From Tubiluchus corallicola (lineage: Eukaryota > Animalia > Priapulida), in NCBI GenBank assembly GCA_030141605.1, contig JAQGDQ010000241.1, forward strand, positions 186,001-250,000: a DNA stretch of 64,000 nucleotides, in the 5' to 3' direction. The translations under genes and the position numbers were made by a program. The notes beneath the pieces are model-generated. The model was not told the DNA's origin. It made no database searches and saw only the letters and a program-made list of their open reading frames with translations. This document shows positions 1-12,883 of the stretch, one piece after another; positions within the stretch are counted from its first letter, which is position 1, and every line of letters begins with the position of its first letter.

Positions 1-3000
1 GTCGCCTTCTTCTTGGTAGGTGTGCTGTGGGTGGAGGAGGTTGTTGACACTGACACTGGTGCCGGCGACCCTCTTGAATATGACGCAACACTTACGACGG
101 CAGGCGGTGATGGAAACTGTATTTAAAAAAATTTAAATTTTACATCAAAACAATTTAAGTATAAAATACTTGCTGAAAAGAGTAGATTTACTGTAAAACT
201 AATTAAGTAAAACACTGCAGATTAAAAACTAGACTCAGAAACTTTATGAAAGAGAAATAATTAAAGGAAAATCCAAGCCTTCTGGGAAGGAAAGTTTACT
301 TCAATGGTCCCGATAAAATATTAAAAGGATTTAGTATATAAAAGTATGATAAGTGCATCGTGTAATTAGTAAAATCACTCTAAAGTCGCGATTATTTCAC
401 GCTTTCACGCTTCCATTTTTAAACGCACATTTTTCCATCAATGACGTCGTTCTTTCGTCGACTGAAAAGCAGCATACTGTGAATTTCAGTCAACAGTATA
501 ATAAATTTTTACAAAAACTTAGATTATGTGATATTTTTACATTAGGCAACTGCTGACTTAGTTAAATTTGTTTATAAAGAGTGCTTACAGAAAGCCACGA
601 TGCACTACGAAACGTCATGAAGCCACTAGTTACGACATAGCTTTCAAGTGAATGGCAACCGAAAATTTCCATACGACAGTGGTGTTAATTAACTTTATGC
701 TTTATATACAGTTTCTCGCAAGTTTTTTCTTATATTTTTCTAACTTTAAGTGTTAACAGAAAAATAAACCCAACATGCTAAGTGACTTGTTCTTTCCTTT
801 AAGTGAAAAACTCTGCTAACTGGGTGATAATCTTATCATGTGAAGATGTCAAACACTTGGATATCATATCAACCACATTTTAAGATATTACGATAAAATA
901 TTAAAAATATGTGAAATGTACATCAAAATAGAAAGAAAAATAACAATGAGTCTCTAAGTTTATTTCTCTAAAATGTATCACGTAAACCCTTGATACGAAA
1001 GACGTGTGCTGGAAAAATTGAATGAACTATAGCTAGATAATTAAGAATAATTCAGAAATGTTACACTCAACTTTTACAAATTAATTAGTTAATTATAACT
1101 ATTGTTATATAGTTATAAAATAACTATATATTTTAACTATTGTTAGCTAACTTTTAATTGAAATCATAAATCGATCATTTTTCAAGGGTTTCTATTAATT
1201 AAATTATCAGTCATAATATTAACCCAGCATTTTTCTGAAAGATGTTAAATTTCTAGCCACAAATTGTGCAACATGGTAGTGCCACCTATGATTAAACTTT
1301 TCCACTAATTGAAATAGAATAAGCTTTAAATGCAAGGAAAGCACAGGGTACGCGTCTAATTAATTGAGGTTTAAAAAGTAAAAAAAGGTAAATTAAATGA
1401 GCTTTACCTCATGCTTTACCTGGTTAACCTGTGTGCTACGTGGTGGCACTGTAATCGGCGTCATTGATGTTGATGAATGCGTCACCGCCGGATGGTGTAG
1501 TGTCGTCGTGTCCGCATAGTATGAAACACCTGCTAGACTGTGTGAAGAAGGCGGTGGCGGTGGAGGTGGCCCCGGGTGATACTCGGCCATCGTATGAGGG
1601 TGGGGCCAGAATTGAAGCCCAGAGTTTCCAGCGTGATGATAGCCTTTGAAGCCGTTCATTCCAGAAGCGGAATTCATCGCACACACCTGTAAGAAAAACA
1701 GAAACCATGACTACCAAATGACAAATACAGTTGTTAACCTTACCGCTTGTTAAAAAAGATCGGATAAAAACTTGTTCAAGTCCAGAAATTGAACGCTTAG
1801 TATTCTGAGTGACATCCAGTTGTGGTACTTAGCAGTAGAGTCGCTCATAGTGATGTACCTGTCTCAAAAGTTACCCACGCTAACTGTAGTCGAAGCATGG
1901 GTAGGAACTTTAGACTCGTCTGTCTGTGTTTGTGTCTGTTCGCACAATGAAATCAAAACAGATGAAGCTATATTTATTAAACCCGATGCGAGTGCAGGTG
2001 AAAGTAAGAGTTAGAAACCAACTGATATTGAGTTCAAAAGGTTAAAGGTCAAGGTTACAAAATTAAAAAATGCCTATAAATCAAAAACAAAATACAAAAT
2101 GCCTGCAAACAACAAACATGGCACAGTAATTGGTCTGGGCAAAAATTGGAAACTGATTGCCTTTTGACTCTTTATGGTCTTTCGCCATCCTATTTCCATT
2201 GTGATAATTAAATGCATTTATTTGTCTTATTTACATCATGAATCTGGAAATAAATGCATGTTCAGAATTTGAATTTGACTCAAAAAATCAAAGTTCCTGG
2301 TGGAAAATCAAAAAATGTCAAAATAAATTTTTGCCCACATACATCTTAGGGCGAGGGTTTGCACCTCGATCGAATGCTCCTATTCTAGTTAACGATAGAA
2401 GCTATGGTTACTTGAACGCATACTCGCTTATTATAACATTGTCTCTTGTTTCCCAAAGGAATGACAATACCCGTTTTACCCAATAAACACCTTGAGTTAC
2501 CGTCTACTGAAAACTATGCTTAAGTTTTTTATTTGAAGAATACTTTGCAGAGGATTATATGAAAGCAATGTTCATTGATTAGTCTAATATCGTTGCGTAA
2601 AAGCAGAACTAATTATGCAAATACTAGAATTTATAGACTGAGGATGAGTGAACAGTTTGCAATAAACCTAGTAAAATTTGGAAAAAAGACACTAACTTTA
2701 CCCTTTTTCCTTTCAATAGCATCACTATGATCACTATAATTAATGTTGGGGCGTTTTTTCTTAAATTTTTAGTAACGTAACATCAACAGTTGCAAAAAGA
2801 TATAAGTTAATATATTTTTGCTCATAACGGAAAAATCTCAACATAAGCATTACTGATGAAAATAGCTGGCTAAATAATTCCTTCATAATCAAACAATCGC
2901 GCAATTGTTGATTTTGCAAAATAAATATTGACGATGACGATTCATTAATAATTTTTATGATAAATATACCACAAAATGAAAAAAATTTCATAACTCGTTT

Positions 3001-3501
3001 AGGCAGCTACAATATCTTATTTTTCATTTTACGTGTTATATTATCATCATGTGCTATTACTTACTTCTTTAAATAAAACTTTGTTAAGCAAATAAAGTCC
3101 ACAGAAAAAACCCATAACTTGATCCGCATGTCACAATAACTTGCTTTTAATTGCATGACGTATTATTATTTATATAATTATCTTCTTCTTTAAATAAAGC
3201 TTTTTGGTTAGCAAAATACGTTTTGATTAGTTGATTATTATCAAAATTATTCGATTTCTTTGCTAAAATTCATACACACTGTTTTCCTTACAAGGTCATA
3301 ATAAAATGCGAAATCGCCCTGCTAAAAAGCAGGCATACTGGCTTTCCAAAGCTATCAGGCGACATCCAAACATTTGACATATCAAGAGATGTCCAAACAA
3401 TTGACATCTCTTGATGTTTCTGGTCTCCAAAGCTGAAAACGATGCTAACCCTACAAGAAGAGTTAATGAAAACAAGTAACTACCTTTAACTGAGAAAGCA
3501 T
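1..3501 (-). CDS. 5' part of a Pro/Ser/His-rich putative transcription factor (possibly ZNF362/ZNF384/rotund/lin-29-like C2H2 factor); truncated by the window edge
   Basis: Phase-consistent exons: 3501-3484 (MLSQLK, donor AAG|GTAGTT); 1686-1429/1420/1408 (acceptor cttacag|; VCAMNSASGMNGFKGYHHAGNSGLQFWPHPHTMAEYHPGPPPPPPP...STQ); 116-1 (acceptor aaatacag|; FPSPPAVVSVASYSRGSPAPVSVSTTSSTHSTPTKKKA). The family guess rests only on FWPHPHTM resembling the ZNF362 N-terminal FWPPPPTM as I recall it. No DNA-binding domain lies inside the window. Confidence 0.65.
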
Positions 3502-3544
3502 GATACTTGAGACGTCAACACAAGTAGAAAAACATCAACAATTC

Positions 3545-3576
3545 TCCTGAACACGTAGACAAACGCGAATTTTATA
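3545..3576 (-). promoter_or_regulatory. TATA box + Inr-like proximal promoter of the left gene
   Basis: Minus-strand TATAAAA at 3576-3570 and TCAG about 28 nt downstream (~3548), followed by a short exon ending in a donor at 3483. Confidence 0.55.
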
Positions 3577-6500
3577 CTCAGCCACAACTTTATCAATCGA
3601 TCAAAATCGACCCTAATGGGCACACTAATTAGTTCTGTCACTTTCACCAAATGCTGTTTTTGTAGAGGCTGAAGATTCGGCCACCGATGGCGGATGGGGT
3701 GACAAAGTTATCACAGGTACATCGGCTAATTACAGGTGCATAAAGGTTTGCGTCCTTCTGGATGGAGCTCAGCTGATGATGTGTTAGTCCTGATAAGAGA
3801 TGCTTGGTGCCTCAGCATCCAGGAGGAACAAGGTGGGATATGGCTTGATGCTCTGATGAGCAGAATGGAACGCGGAGGGCAGACCTCCAACTAGAACTCT
3901 CTCTGTGAAGTTCTTCCCTCTCTCAAGATTCTTGGTCCCTTTAATATCTCCTTTTTCAATGGATAGGATAAGCAATTATTTTAGAAACATAATAAAAAAT
4001 TGTTGCATTAAATGTGTTAAGTATTGTTTAACCAAAATATGCTTAAAAATTTCTCCGCGGAAGCTCCTGTCTTACAACCGCCCCATCTCCTAAGGATAAA
4101 CACAGGCATTTAAGCTCTCATCATTCAACCAATGTCTTAACTCTTTCCCACAGGGTATTAGTATTGTTTGATGCAGGTATACCACGCTTAATCTGGTTGC
4201 GAGGGGCAAAATATTACCGCCCAAAGAGTCATTGTCTTGTAAGACAATCGGGGACATCAATGGATGGATAAGAGTAGAGTGTGAATGTACCGTTTATGAG
4301 TTTAGCCCACCTCGGGTTCCCACACTAACACCTGCAATTGATGCACCGTTACGTTGACCCTTGTCCACTGTTACGTGACCCTTATCCACTGTTACGAGTT
4401 GGAAAGAATGCGTCGCGGACGCGACATTACGAAATTTCTTATAAATTGCAGAATCTGGCACGGGGATGGAACGATTGCGTAGATTCATATAAACGAGGCA
4501 CGCGAACACTTTCGCTTATTGGACCCAGGACAAACTTTCTTCGTTTTATCTTTCTAGCATGATGAAAAATAGGAAAGATAACTTTTGCAATAAACACTTT
4601 TGGAAAAGAAAAATTAATTAAGCAACAATGGTAAAAAGAAAAAGTGATCTTGATATGCGGACGAACTACCGAAAATATGATTTTTGATATGCAGACGAAC
4701 TGTTCTGGAAAAACTGAAGAACACAAGTTCTTCTATAAAAAAAACTTCGCCAGATACGAGTATTCGCGTGGTATGGCCAGTTAAGAAGCTGACATCATTT
4801 CAACTTTGGTGATCTAACTAAAATCAAATTGACCATATGTACATTTTAATCGCCCATTTTTGTTAGCCATCTGTTGGCAAATTAACAGATGACTCTTGTA
4901 GCGAAGTCATCAAAACGTAAAGTGAGAACGTGAAAAATAGCATATCAAGAAAGTCATCCGACACTCAGTACACGCTAAAGAATTGACAACCGAATCAAAA
5001 CAGTTGTATGAGTTTTACGCGATTTTTACTGTTAGTTGGATAGATTTTAGTCGTAATAATTGTGCAAAAGTAAGACATACTTGAAATAATCGTATTAGAT
5101 TAACATATCATCGTAAGGATTGAATTCGCAATATTTCACACAGAAGTGCACATTTGCATTATAAAAGAGAATTCCCGTAATCTAAATCCTGGCCGATACA
5201 TCTAAACGGCGCAATCAAACAAAAACAAACATGCATTGTCCGGCATTTGGTTGTCCACTGACCACTGGTCACGGAGATTACTATCATTAGCCAGTTGACA
5301 GACCAGTCTAACTAGTATAGCTGTGGACAAAACATTACGTAACGCCGATCATCTATAACTACTACCTTCACACATCTTATATCAATAAATCCGCCCTTTG
5401 GAAATTTTGGGAATACGGGTAGGATGGACCCATGCGGGCGCATCAAAGTTCTATGGCGTCCAGCAAATATCATAATTATGTTGCAAGTCTAGTTTAGAAT
5501 TGGGTGCCATGTAATTAAAGCCTTCATAGCTTCACTTTTCTAGTATCCAAAATCATTTGCCTGAAAGTCCGTCACAACAACCTATGCTTTAGTTTAAGAT
5601 AAAACTTGAAATCTAAAAAATGATAGAATGAACCCATGAAAACATTGTTTCACAAACCCCATTTTGTGAAGCAAGTTTGATCGAAGGGGCAGAAAAATGA
5701 GAAAAAAAATGAGACTGACACCTGATTTGAGCCACGGACCTTTTAACTAGTCAGAATTCGTAATTATCTCTGCAAGTAGAAAACCATCAGAAACTCATAC
5801 AAATCTTTTAGCCCTATGTATTTGGAGTTTTTGTCAGAATGTAATTATGTGGATTTGTTACTCCAACTGTTTACAAAATAGATCTAAAAACCACATACTT
5901 CTGTTTCCTGCCACTTACGTTTTTGTAAAGTATTCTGGTCCATTCTTCCAAAGAATGGCTTCCAAACCTCATGCATGATAATGATATTTGAATGAAAATA
6001 ATTTGCAAGAACCTTGATTCTTTAATCTTTAATACAGGGAATTAAAAAAACCAAAATTACCAAAACGTCTCATAAATAATTCTGTGCATGCACTATACAC
6101 ATCCTAAAAGCTGGCGAACAGCTGAAGTATTCAACAATTTTGTTGTAAAGTAAATCAGAATTTGGTTGCAAAAAGGCAAATAAATTGTGAAAAAAGACAC
6201 TAACAAAAGTTAGGTCTTATCTTTATGTCTCAATTATAAAAAACGCAAGAAGCGCCCGCATATGTACATTTCTGCACACTCAAAGCACCAGATTACAAGC
6301 AAATCCTTGATTAGATTAAAAAATTTTCACCCTTTTTCACAGAAACTAACATCCTGTGAGCTACTTTTCTCTAGCAAATCAGACTATCAATAATTGTTTC
6401 TGGCTTTAACAATTAATTGAGTGATTCTTGACCAGAGTGCAGTTTTAGCTTTTCAAGAAAGGAAAGGGTAGCACAGTTTGGCAGATACAAACTACTTGTA

Positions 6501-8129
6501 TTAGATTATCTACAAATTATACGTAATTTGCAGGACGTCACACTATTGAATGTCACAGGCTAAATAAAAACTACTATTTATTCAAGTTTTAAAATCTATT
6601 AATATTTTGTTGCTACTACATTTGTAAGGATTCACTATATAAATCATCCAAGTAAACTTAGAATAGAATCAGACAATCCTGGAAAGGCGGGATGACATTC
6701 TGACACAACATATATTTATATATACTTTATTTGCCATAAAATAGATTTCAGAAAAATTACAATTCTCAGTGCCAAAAGTATTTTCAATATTAAAACATAC
6801 GTCCGGGCCAAAAATATAAACTACTAGCGCATAAGACTAAAAGCAACAATTCAGTATACTCATTTACATATATAGATACAATAGGTACGTAGTACAATAA
6901 ATAGGCACAATACGACAAGTAAGGTACATAATAAACGTAAGACAAAAGCTACATCAATTTATCACAGTATACACATTACATTCATATATATAATACATAA
7001 TATATAACACAAAAGATTACTCAAGTTCGAATTTCTTCGAAAAGACGGAAGGCGGATGATATTCGGATGACATGGTACATGGGGTAAAAAAGGTTGAGAA
7101 CCCCTGAATTAAATCAATAGATGTAAGAATTCCTAAACGTTCCCATGGATGCACCACAGTTCCGGGTTTACTTCTCACTAGGAAATCTCACTAGTATTGA
7201 TCAACTTGAACCGCTGTGATGGACAACTGAGTGGATTTAAACCACTGATTAACCACTGGCCGGCACATTGTCTGAAGTGAAACTTGCAATAGTAAAATCG
7301 CATTCAACACTCATTATTTAGACGCAAGCCATGAAACAATGGCTGGGATGATGCTCTCCGTGGGAGCTGATTCTATAGAAACTCCTCCGCTGACCTACTG
7401 AGAGGTCAATATCGAGAAATGGTGTTTTATGAACAACGCTATCGCATGAATCAACGCAGGATCTCAGTCCTCCGAAAGCTATTCTCCGTTATTACAATCG
7501 CTTTTTCTAGAGCAGCCAGAAAATATGGCTGATATAAGTCTTCGTTGTAACGTGATCAAGAGAGGATATGTAGCGCGTCAACTGGCAGGCGCAGAGCCAC
7601 AAACCATTTCCCAAAGGAGTTACGAGAATATTGAGGATATTTGTTTTAACAACCGCCTTCTGATGACAATTCAATTAGAGAATAAGCTATTTTCTTTTTT
7701 GCATTGCTATAAAAGCCTCTGTTGTACGAAACTGCAAATGATGATTAGAAATAAAACCAAATCATTTATTCGGAATGCTTATATAATTCTAAAGATTTGA
7801 TGTTGTCTTGGACTTAAATCTTTAGTTCAAACTCTGTAGGTTTATGATTATAGATACAAAATATATACATACATATGGAATGTAATTGCTGTAGAATTAG
7901 AAAAGGAAAAGTACAAATAAATACATACAAACAATGCAGAAAGGCAATTATTACAGACAAAATTGGAAAACGACTCAGCGCGTAGCTGAAAATAAGATTA
8001 GTATGCATTGGGTTATAATTTCCTGGATGTGGAACTAATGCATTTTTCATATTCTATTATATCTATTATAAATGGAAAGTTTCTAAACTATTGATGATGA
8101 TAAAAACTCATAACTATTTAGATTTTGAT

Positions 8130-8228
8130 ACCAAACTTGAGAAACAGGAAATGTGAAAAAGTGGCAAAACAGCTTGTATTTGAACCAGAGACCTTCTTTT
8201 TACAAGATAGACGCCTTAGACCACTGGG
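8130..8228 (-). mobile_element. tRNA-derived SINE head fragment
   Basis: Minus strand has cagtggtctaaggcg (A-box/D-arm-like) and ggttcaaat (B-box). The adjacent aaacttga(g)aaacaggaaatgt recurs at ~23180. Confidence 0.5.
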
Positions 8229-8643
8229 TAATTGTATTACTGTGTCACATTACCTGCTCTTATAAGTTAAGGCTTGTACCACCTTTACCCATTTCTTGCT
8301 TGGACATTCATAAAACCCTCATTTGGTTTATAGTAATTATGCATAGTACCTTCATTAATATGCATAAGCCTAGTCTGTTCCAGGCACCACGTTTACAACA
8401 ATGCTAATGGCTTGGCTTACAATCAATAACTGTATATCTAATATAGGCTGGAACTTGATTAATCCTTTGCTCACGCTCGTACCCCTAATGGTATCGAGCG
8501 AGTCCGGGTGTTACGTAACTGGCTTCGTGCAAGATCGTGATTCGACGGAGATTCGATAATTGAGCAAAGTACCGTCTAGCCGGCAGAATGGTATGCTAAA
8601 TGATTAGTGTTAGGAATAATTACACGAAGTAATTTAAAATGCG

Positions 8644-8702
8644 TCTCTCTCTCTCTCTCTCCCTTTCTCTCTCTGTCTGTCTGTCTCTCTCTCTTTCTCT
8701 CT
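8644..8702. repeat. (CT)n microsatellite
   Basis: Direct inspection. Confidence 0.9.
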
Positions 8703-9530
8703 TTCTATTTGTCTTCATTTTTCTCGGAGTCTCTTCCACTCCCTCTTCTTTTCCTCTTGTAAATTTTTGTCTATCTCTGATATTTTGACTTTTTGTACAT
8801 TAAAATGCATTCATGTAATCAAGTAACTCGATTTTACATTCTGCATCTCATTAAAAACTACTAAAACGTCTCGAAGTAAATGACCATAGAAGCATTTTTA
8901 AAGTAATTCACTATAAATATAATAATATGACCATATAGACGTAACGTGTAGTGTGACATTTGAAACTGTTATTCCTGATGTATCGCTTGGTGTAGCATGT
9001 GTGATGATGTTTGTTCACTTTCCCTAGATTAGCTGCTGTTGTACAATATCGTGCAACATACACTCTTTACTTTAACCCTCCATCTATCAAAACAAGGTTC
9101 TTTTTGAGCCCCTAAAATTTAATTTGTTTGCATAAGGAAAGAATAAATTCACTAATTCGTCATCCATTAATCTTTCCATTAAAATATGCCTACAAAAATT
9201 ACGGCTGATTTTCAGTTTTCCAATTCTTACGTGGAAGTGTTAGTGTCATGCTAGCAAAATGGTAGTCCAGGGTTAATGAGGGTTAAAGACTTAGGGAAAG
9301 TGTTTTTCCACTGCTGGGAGCCAAATTGTCCCAAAGCGGTTGTTGACCTCGTGTTGGGTGACATGTGGCAAGTGGGAGTGGAGGGGATTGCATGGAACTG
9401 CATGCAGGCCTGTCCTGCAAAAACGAACATTCGCAAACGAAGGTCATTCGTTTATGTACCAAGTCGGGCTGCTACTATATTCATTATTATTCCAATTTCA
9501 GGAGAAAACGAGTCAGATTTTTTTACGCTG

Positions 9531-9563
9531 TCTCTCGCGCTCTCTCTCTCTCTCTCTCTCCCT

Positions 9564-9629
<66 letters not shown>

Positions 9630-9685
9630 CTCTCCGTCTCCTCTCTCTCTCTCTCTCATTCTTGCTCTCTCTCCCTCGCTTTCCC

Positions 9686-9736
<51 letters not shown>

Positions 9737-9799
9737 TTTTTTCTCTCTCTCTCTCTTGCTTTCTCTCTCTTGCTCTCTCTCCCCTCTCCCTCTCTTACT

Positions 9800-9861
<62 letters not shown>

Positions 9862-9895
9862 ATCACTCTCCTTTTCTGTCTCAGACTCTCTTCTA
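9531..9895. repeat. Long compound (CT)n polypyrimidine microsatellite
   Basis: About 360 nt almost entirely C/T; it produces the spurious SL- and RE-repeat ORFs. Confidence 0.95.
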
Positions 9896-10809
9896 AACGC
9901 AATTTTGATAATCCACTCTATACGTAATCGGTCATAAATAAAAAAATAGCTTTCCATATCTCCCAAAAAATAGAACGTTAGATGGGACCATCGTCGTGTA
10001 CTGTACTAGAGCAGAAGCAACTATAATTAAAAATCTCAAATAGAAACGAAATGAAATTTTAAGCATAGTAGTTCACAAAAACTGCCCACTGTGAAATTAA
10101 ATCTGTATAATGACAGCATTAACAAGAAATGTCCAAAAAGGAAAACAGTCTATACAGCGCTACCGCAAGTGGCTCCTATTGTGGCAGCAGGATCGCAAAA
10201 TACGACGCTCGACTAAAGTGTCCACATTTTGTCAATACGAACTTATTTACTATCACATCGGATAATGACTTCTTGCAGTTACATGACGTATTAAGTAACA
10301 TGACACTGTTTACACTTACGAACGTCAGGTTTCATATTTCGGCTTTAAATTTAAGTTCAGTGTCTTATCTCAGAGTAATTAATTTGATTCCCCTCATTCA
10401 TTCAATAAGTAGGCTTGCCACTAAGAAGTGGATCCTGACTTACAGAGCACTGCACTTGGAAAAAATTAATTGTGTAATTTTTAAGTAATGGTTTTTTCGT
10501 ATCTCACTGTTTCTTTATTTGCAAAAAATTTATTAGATAAGGCCTCGTCTCCTAAAGGAGTCTTGGTATAATAGTACGTTATGCCATATAATGCTACAAA
10601 AAAAAGTTAAAATATAAAATAAATTTATTATGTATAGTGCCAGTAAAAATACTGATCATTATTTTACCAAGAATTAATTAAACAAATGAAAACCGAGCAA
10701 TTTTTATGAAAAATAGTGACCTAAATAGAAGTTCCAACGGGCTGGTAAACAATTAAAATACCAAAAAGCAAACAAACAAAAAAACACAAGCAAACAACAC
10801 GTGAAAGAC

Positions 10810-10836
10810 AATAATAATAATAATAATAATAATAAT
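10810..10836. repeat. (AAT)n microsatellite
   Basis: Direct inspection. Confidence 0.9.
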
Positions 10837-11195
10837 CTCATTAAAAATATTAACGTGAAGCTAAGAATACGCTGTCATTCAACTGTAAAAATCCTCAATT
10901 ACATAACAAGAAAAACCCCAAAACTTGGCCAATGTGCGCCCAAAGTTCGCAAAAACAGCTATAGCGCCTTTATTCACATTTACATGAGAGACATGAGAGT
11001 ATTGAGCTGATCATTTATGTTAAATGTCTACAACCTATACAATTATATCACACTTAACCTAGATGTTGTCACCGTATGCAAAAGTACGCAATAGCGCAGA
11101 TCAACGTGTCATATTACTCAATATTACTAGATAAAATTTGACTGCCATACATCACATTCAGAAGGTAATTAACCCAGTGAGGCGTCAATACTTAC

Positions 11196-11460
11196 CTTTC
11201 AAGGTAGGAAAGCTTCTTGCACCTGTCTTCTTCTAGCGAAACTTCCAAAAATGGGAAAAAATGAGATTAAATCTTCAAAACACACAGAAGAGTCCTGGGT
11301 GTGGAGAAAGTGATCAATTTTGGTTGCTGCTGTACTGGTCAACTCTTTGTCCACTAGCGTAATGGTCAGCGCAGATGTTACGCAACATCTTCTCTTATCT
11401 AATAATAGGCAACTGACCGCTGATTGGACACAAGCACTGTGGTCAAAGGAGGGGTGGGTT
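11196..11460 (-). promoter_or_regulatory. Candidate distal non-coding first exon and promoter of the left gene
   Basis: Consensus donor AAG|GTAAGT at 11196/11195. The exon has an in-frame TGA just before the donor, so it is non-coding. CCAAT (gattgg ~11423) and a GC-box-like ggaggggtggg (~11448) lie upstream. Confidence 0.4.
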
Positions 11461-12881
11461 GGGTAGAATGGGATGTTACGCCATGTTTACAGCTATTTGT
11501 CGCTTTTTTCACATGTTTCTAAAAACACCTTAGAAAGACTTTTTGTGAAACACAAGTTCTGTTGCAAATGCAGGCTTTACATAAGAAATAAGCTTCAATA
11601 AGGACTTTAATAAGCCTTGTTTTGATGTATAAAATCTATTCCGGTCCCGCCACAAGCAGAAACACCTGCAAGGTGTCTGTAACTGCTTGCAACTTGACGA
11701 ACTGTATAATTAACGGGTGAACACAAAAAGTACGCCAGTTTAAAAAAATTCATTAAAAATGTATTTCTCTTTCCATTGGTAAAATATTTTTGCCATGAAA
11801 ATAGATGTAAGTATCATTGGAATTACATCAATTTTTAATTAAAAAATAAAAACTTTTGAAATTTTAACGTGGTTTCATTAAAAAAACTCATATTTCCTAA
11901 ATAAACAAAATGGTTATTTATCCTTTATTTTTGTTTATACTTGCATTAAAAAATCGTTCAAGTTTTCCTGGCGCTTTAATTATTTTCTCAGTCGAGACCT
12001 GAATTAATCAACACCTTTATTGGTAATACAGTCATACTAATATATCGTTTTTTTTCATGGGTTAATGCTAGTATAAAATGTTTATTTTTTGGAGTTTCCA
12101 AGCAAAAAAATAGTGGGCAAGTGCTAAAATGTTTCTAGTTTACGATGCTAAATTTATATACAAATTTGTCGGCTCTATGGCATTTCAAAAAGGACTTGCT
12201 TTCTTATGTTAACGCTGTGGTGGCATTAGTACATTCTCTGAAAATTAACAATGACTTAACACTTTTCTAGCTGGTTTGTTTCGACATTGTATAAACGCAA
12301 TATTTTGGCCAATATTGTAATTTTTAGCAAACCTATCTGTAATCCTTAAAATTGTCAATCAAGCCTTTCTTTTGCCAAATTAGACTTTAGCCATAGATCT
12401 TTAAACTGTGGTTGACTTGAGACATAACACTCCCTCGCAAAAATTGTCTTTACTTGCCAATTTTTCTCTTTCCAATAAAACGTCGATTCTTTCCAAAAAT
12501 TTTAATTTGTCAAGTGCTTCTGCTGGGACATGATACATTGCTCTTCTAAACTCCGTCAAGTAAGATCAAATAATCCACCCCTCTGCAAAACCATCCCTTC
12601 AAGCACAGACAAGTTTCTGACCCATCCCGCAGTATTCAATCACTGCTTGCGGATGACCACCAGGCGTTGGCTCTTTTTGTTCATCCACCCAACAAGAATG
12701 GTGCATGTATTCATCTCAACCACCACGCCCACAGATAAATTATCCTGTCCTGCTGGTCGGTCCGTTGTTCTTGTGCTGTCCAAGAACCTGATCATGTTTA
12801 CAAGGGGCATGATTCGCCGGTATTGCACAGCCGAGCTCAAAACAAAACCCCATCTGCACGGCCGGTAGATCACCTGCTCAA

Positions 12882-12883
12882 NN
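12882..12883. other. Ambiguous bases (nn), possible assembly join
   Basis: Literal nn in the sequence. Confidence 0.95.

Noticed and set aside
3850-3900. CTGATGAG hammerhead core candidate
   Set aside because: No stem II closure and no GAAA partner.
9276-9966. Long ORFs (206, 195, 190 and 113 aa) with SL/RE repeats
   Set aside because: Artefacts of the stop-free (CT)n microsatellite.
12530-12880. GC-richer block with ORFs on both strands, faintly Merlin/ISXO2-like (GVVVEM)
   Set aside because: No catalytic D/E motif, contains stops, and abuts the nn join; cannot be supported without a search.
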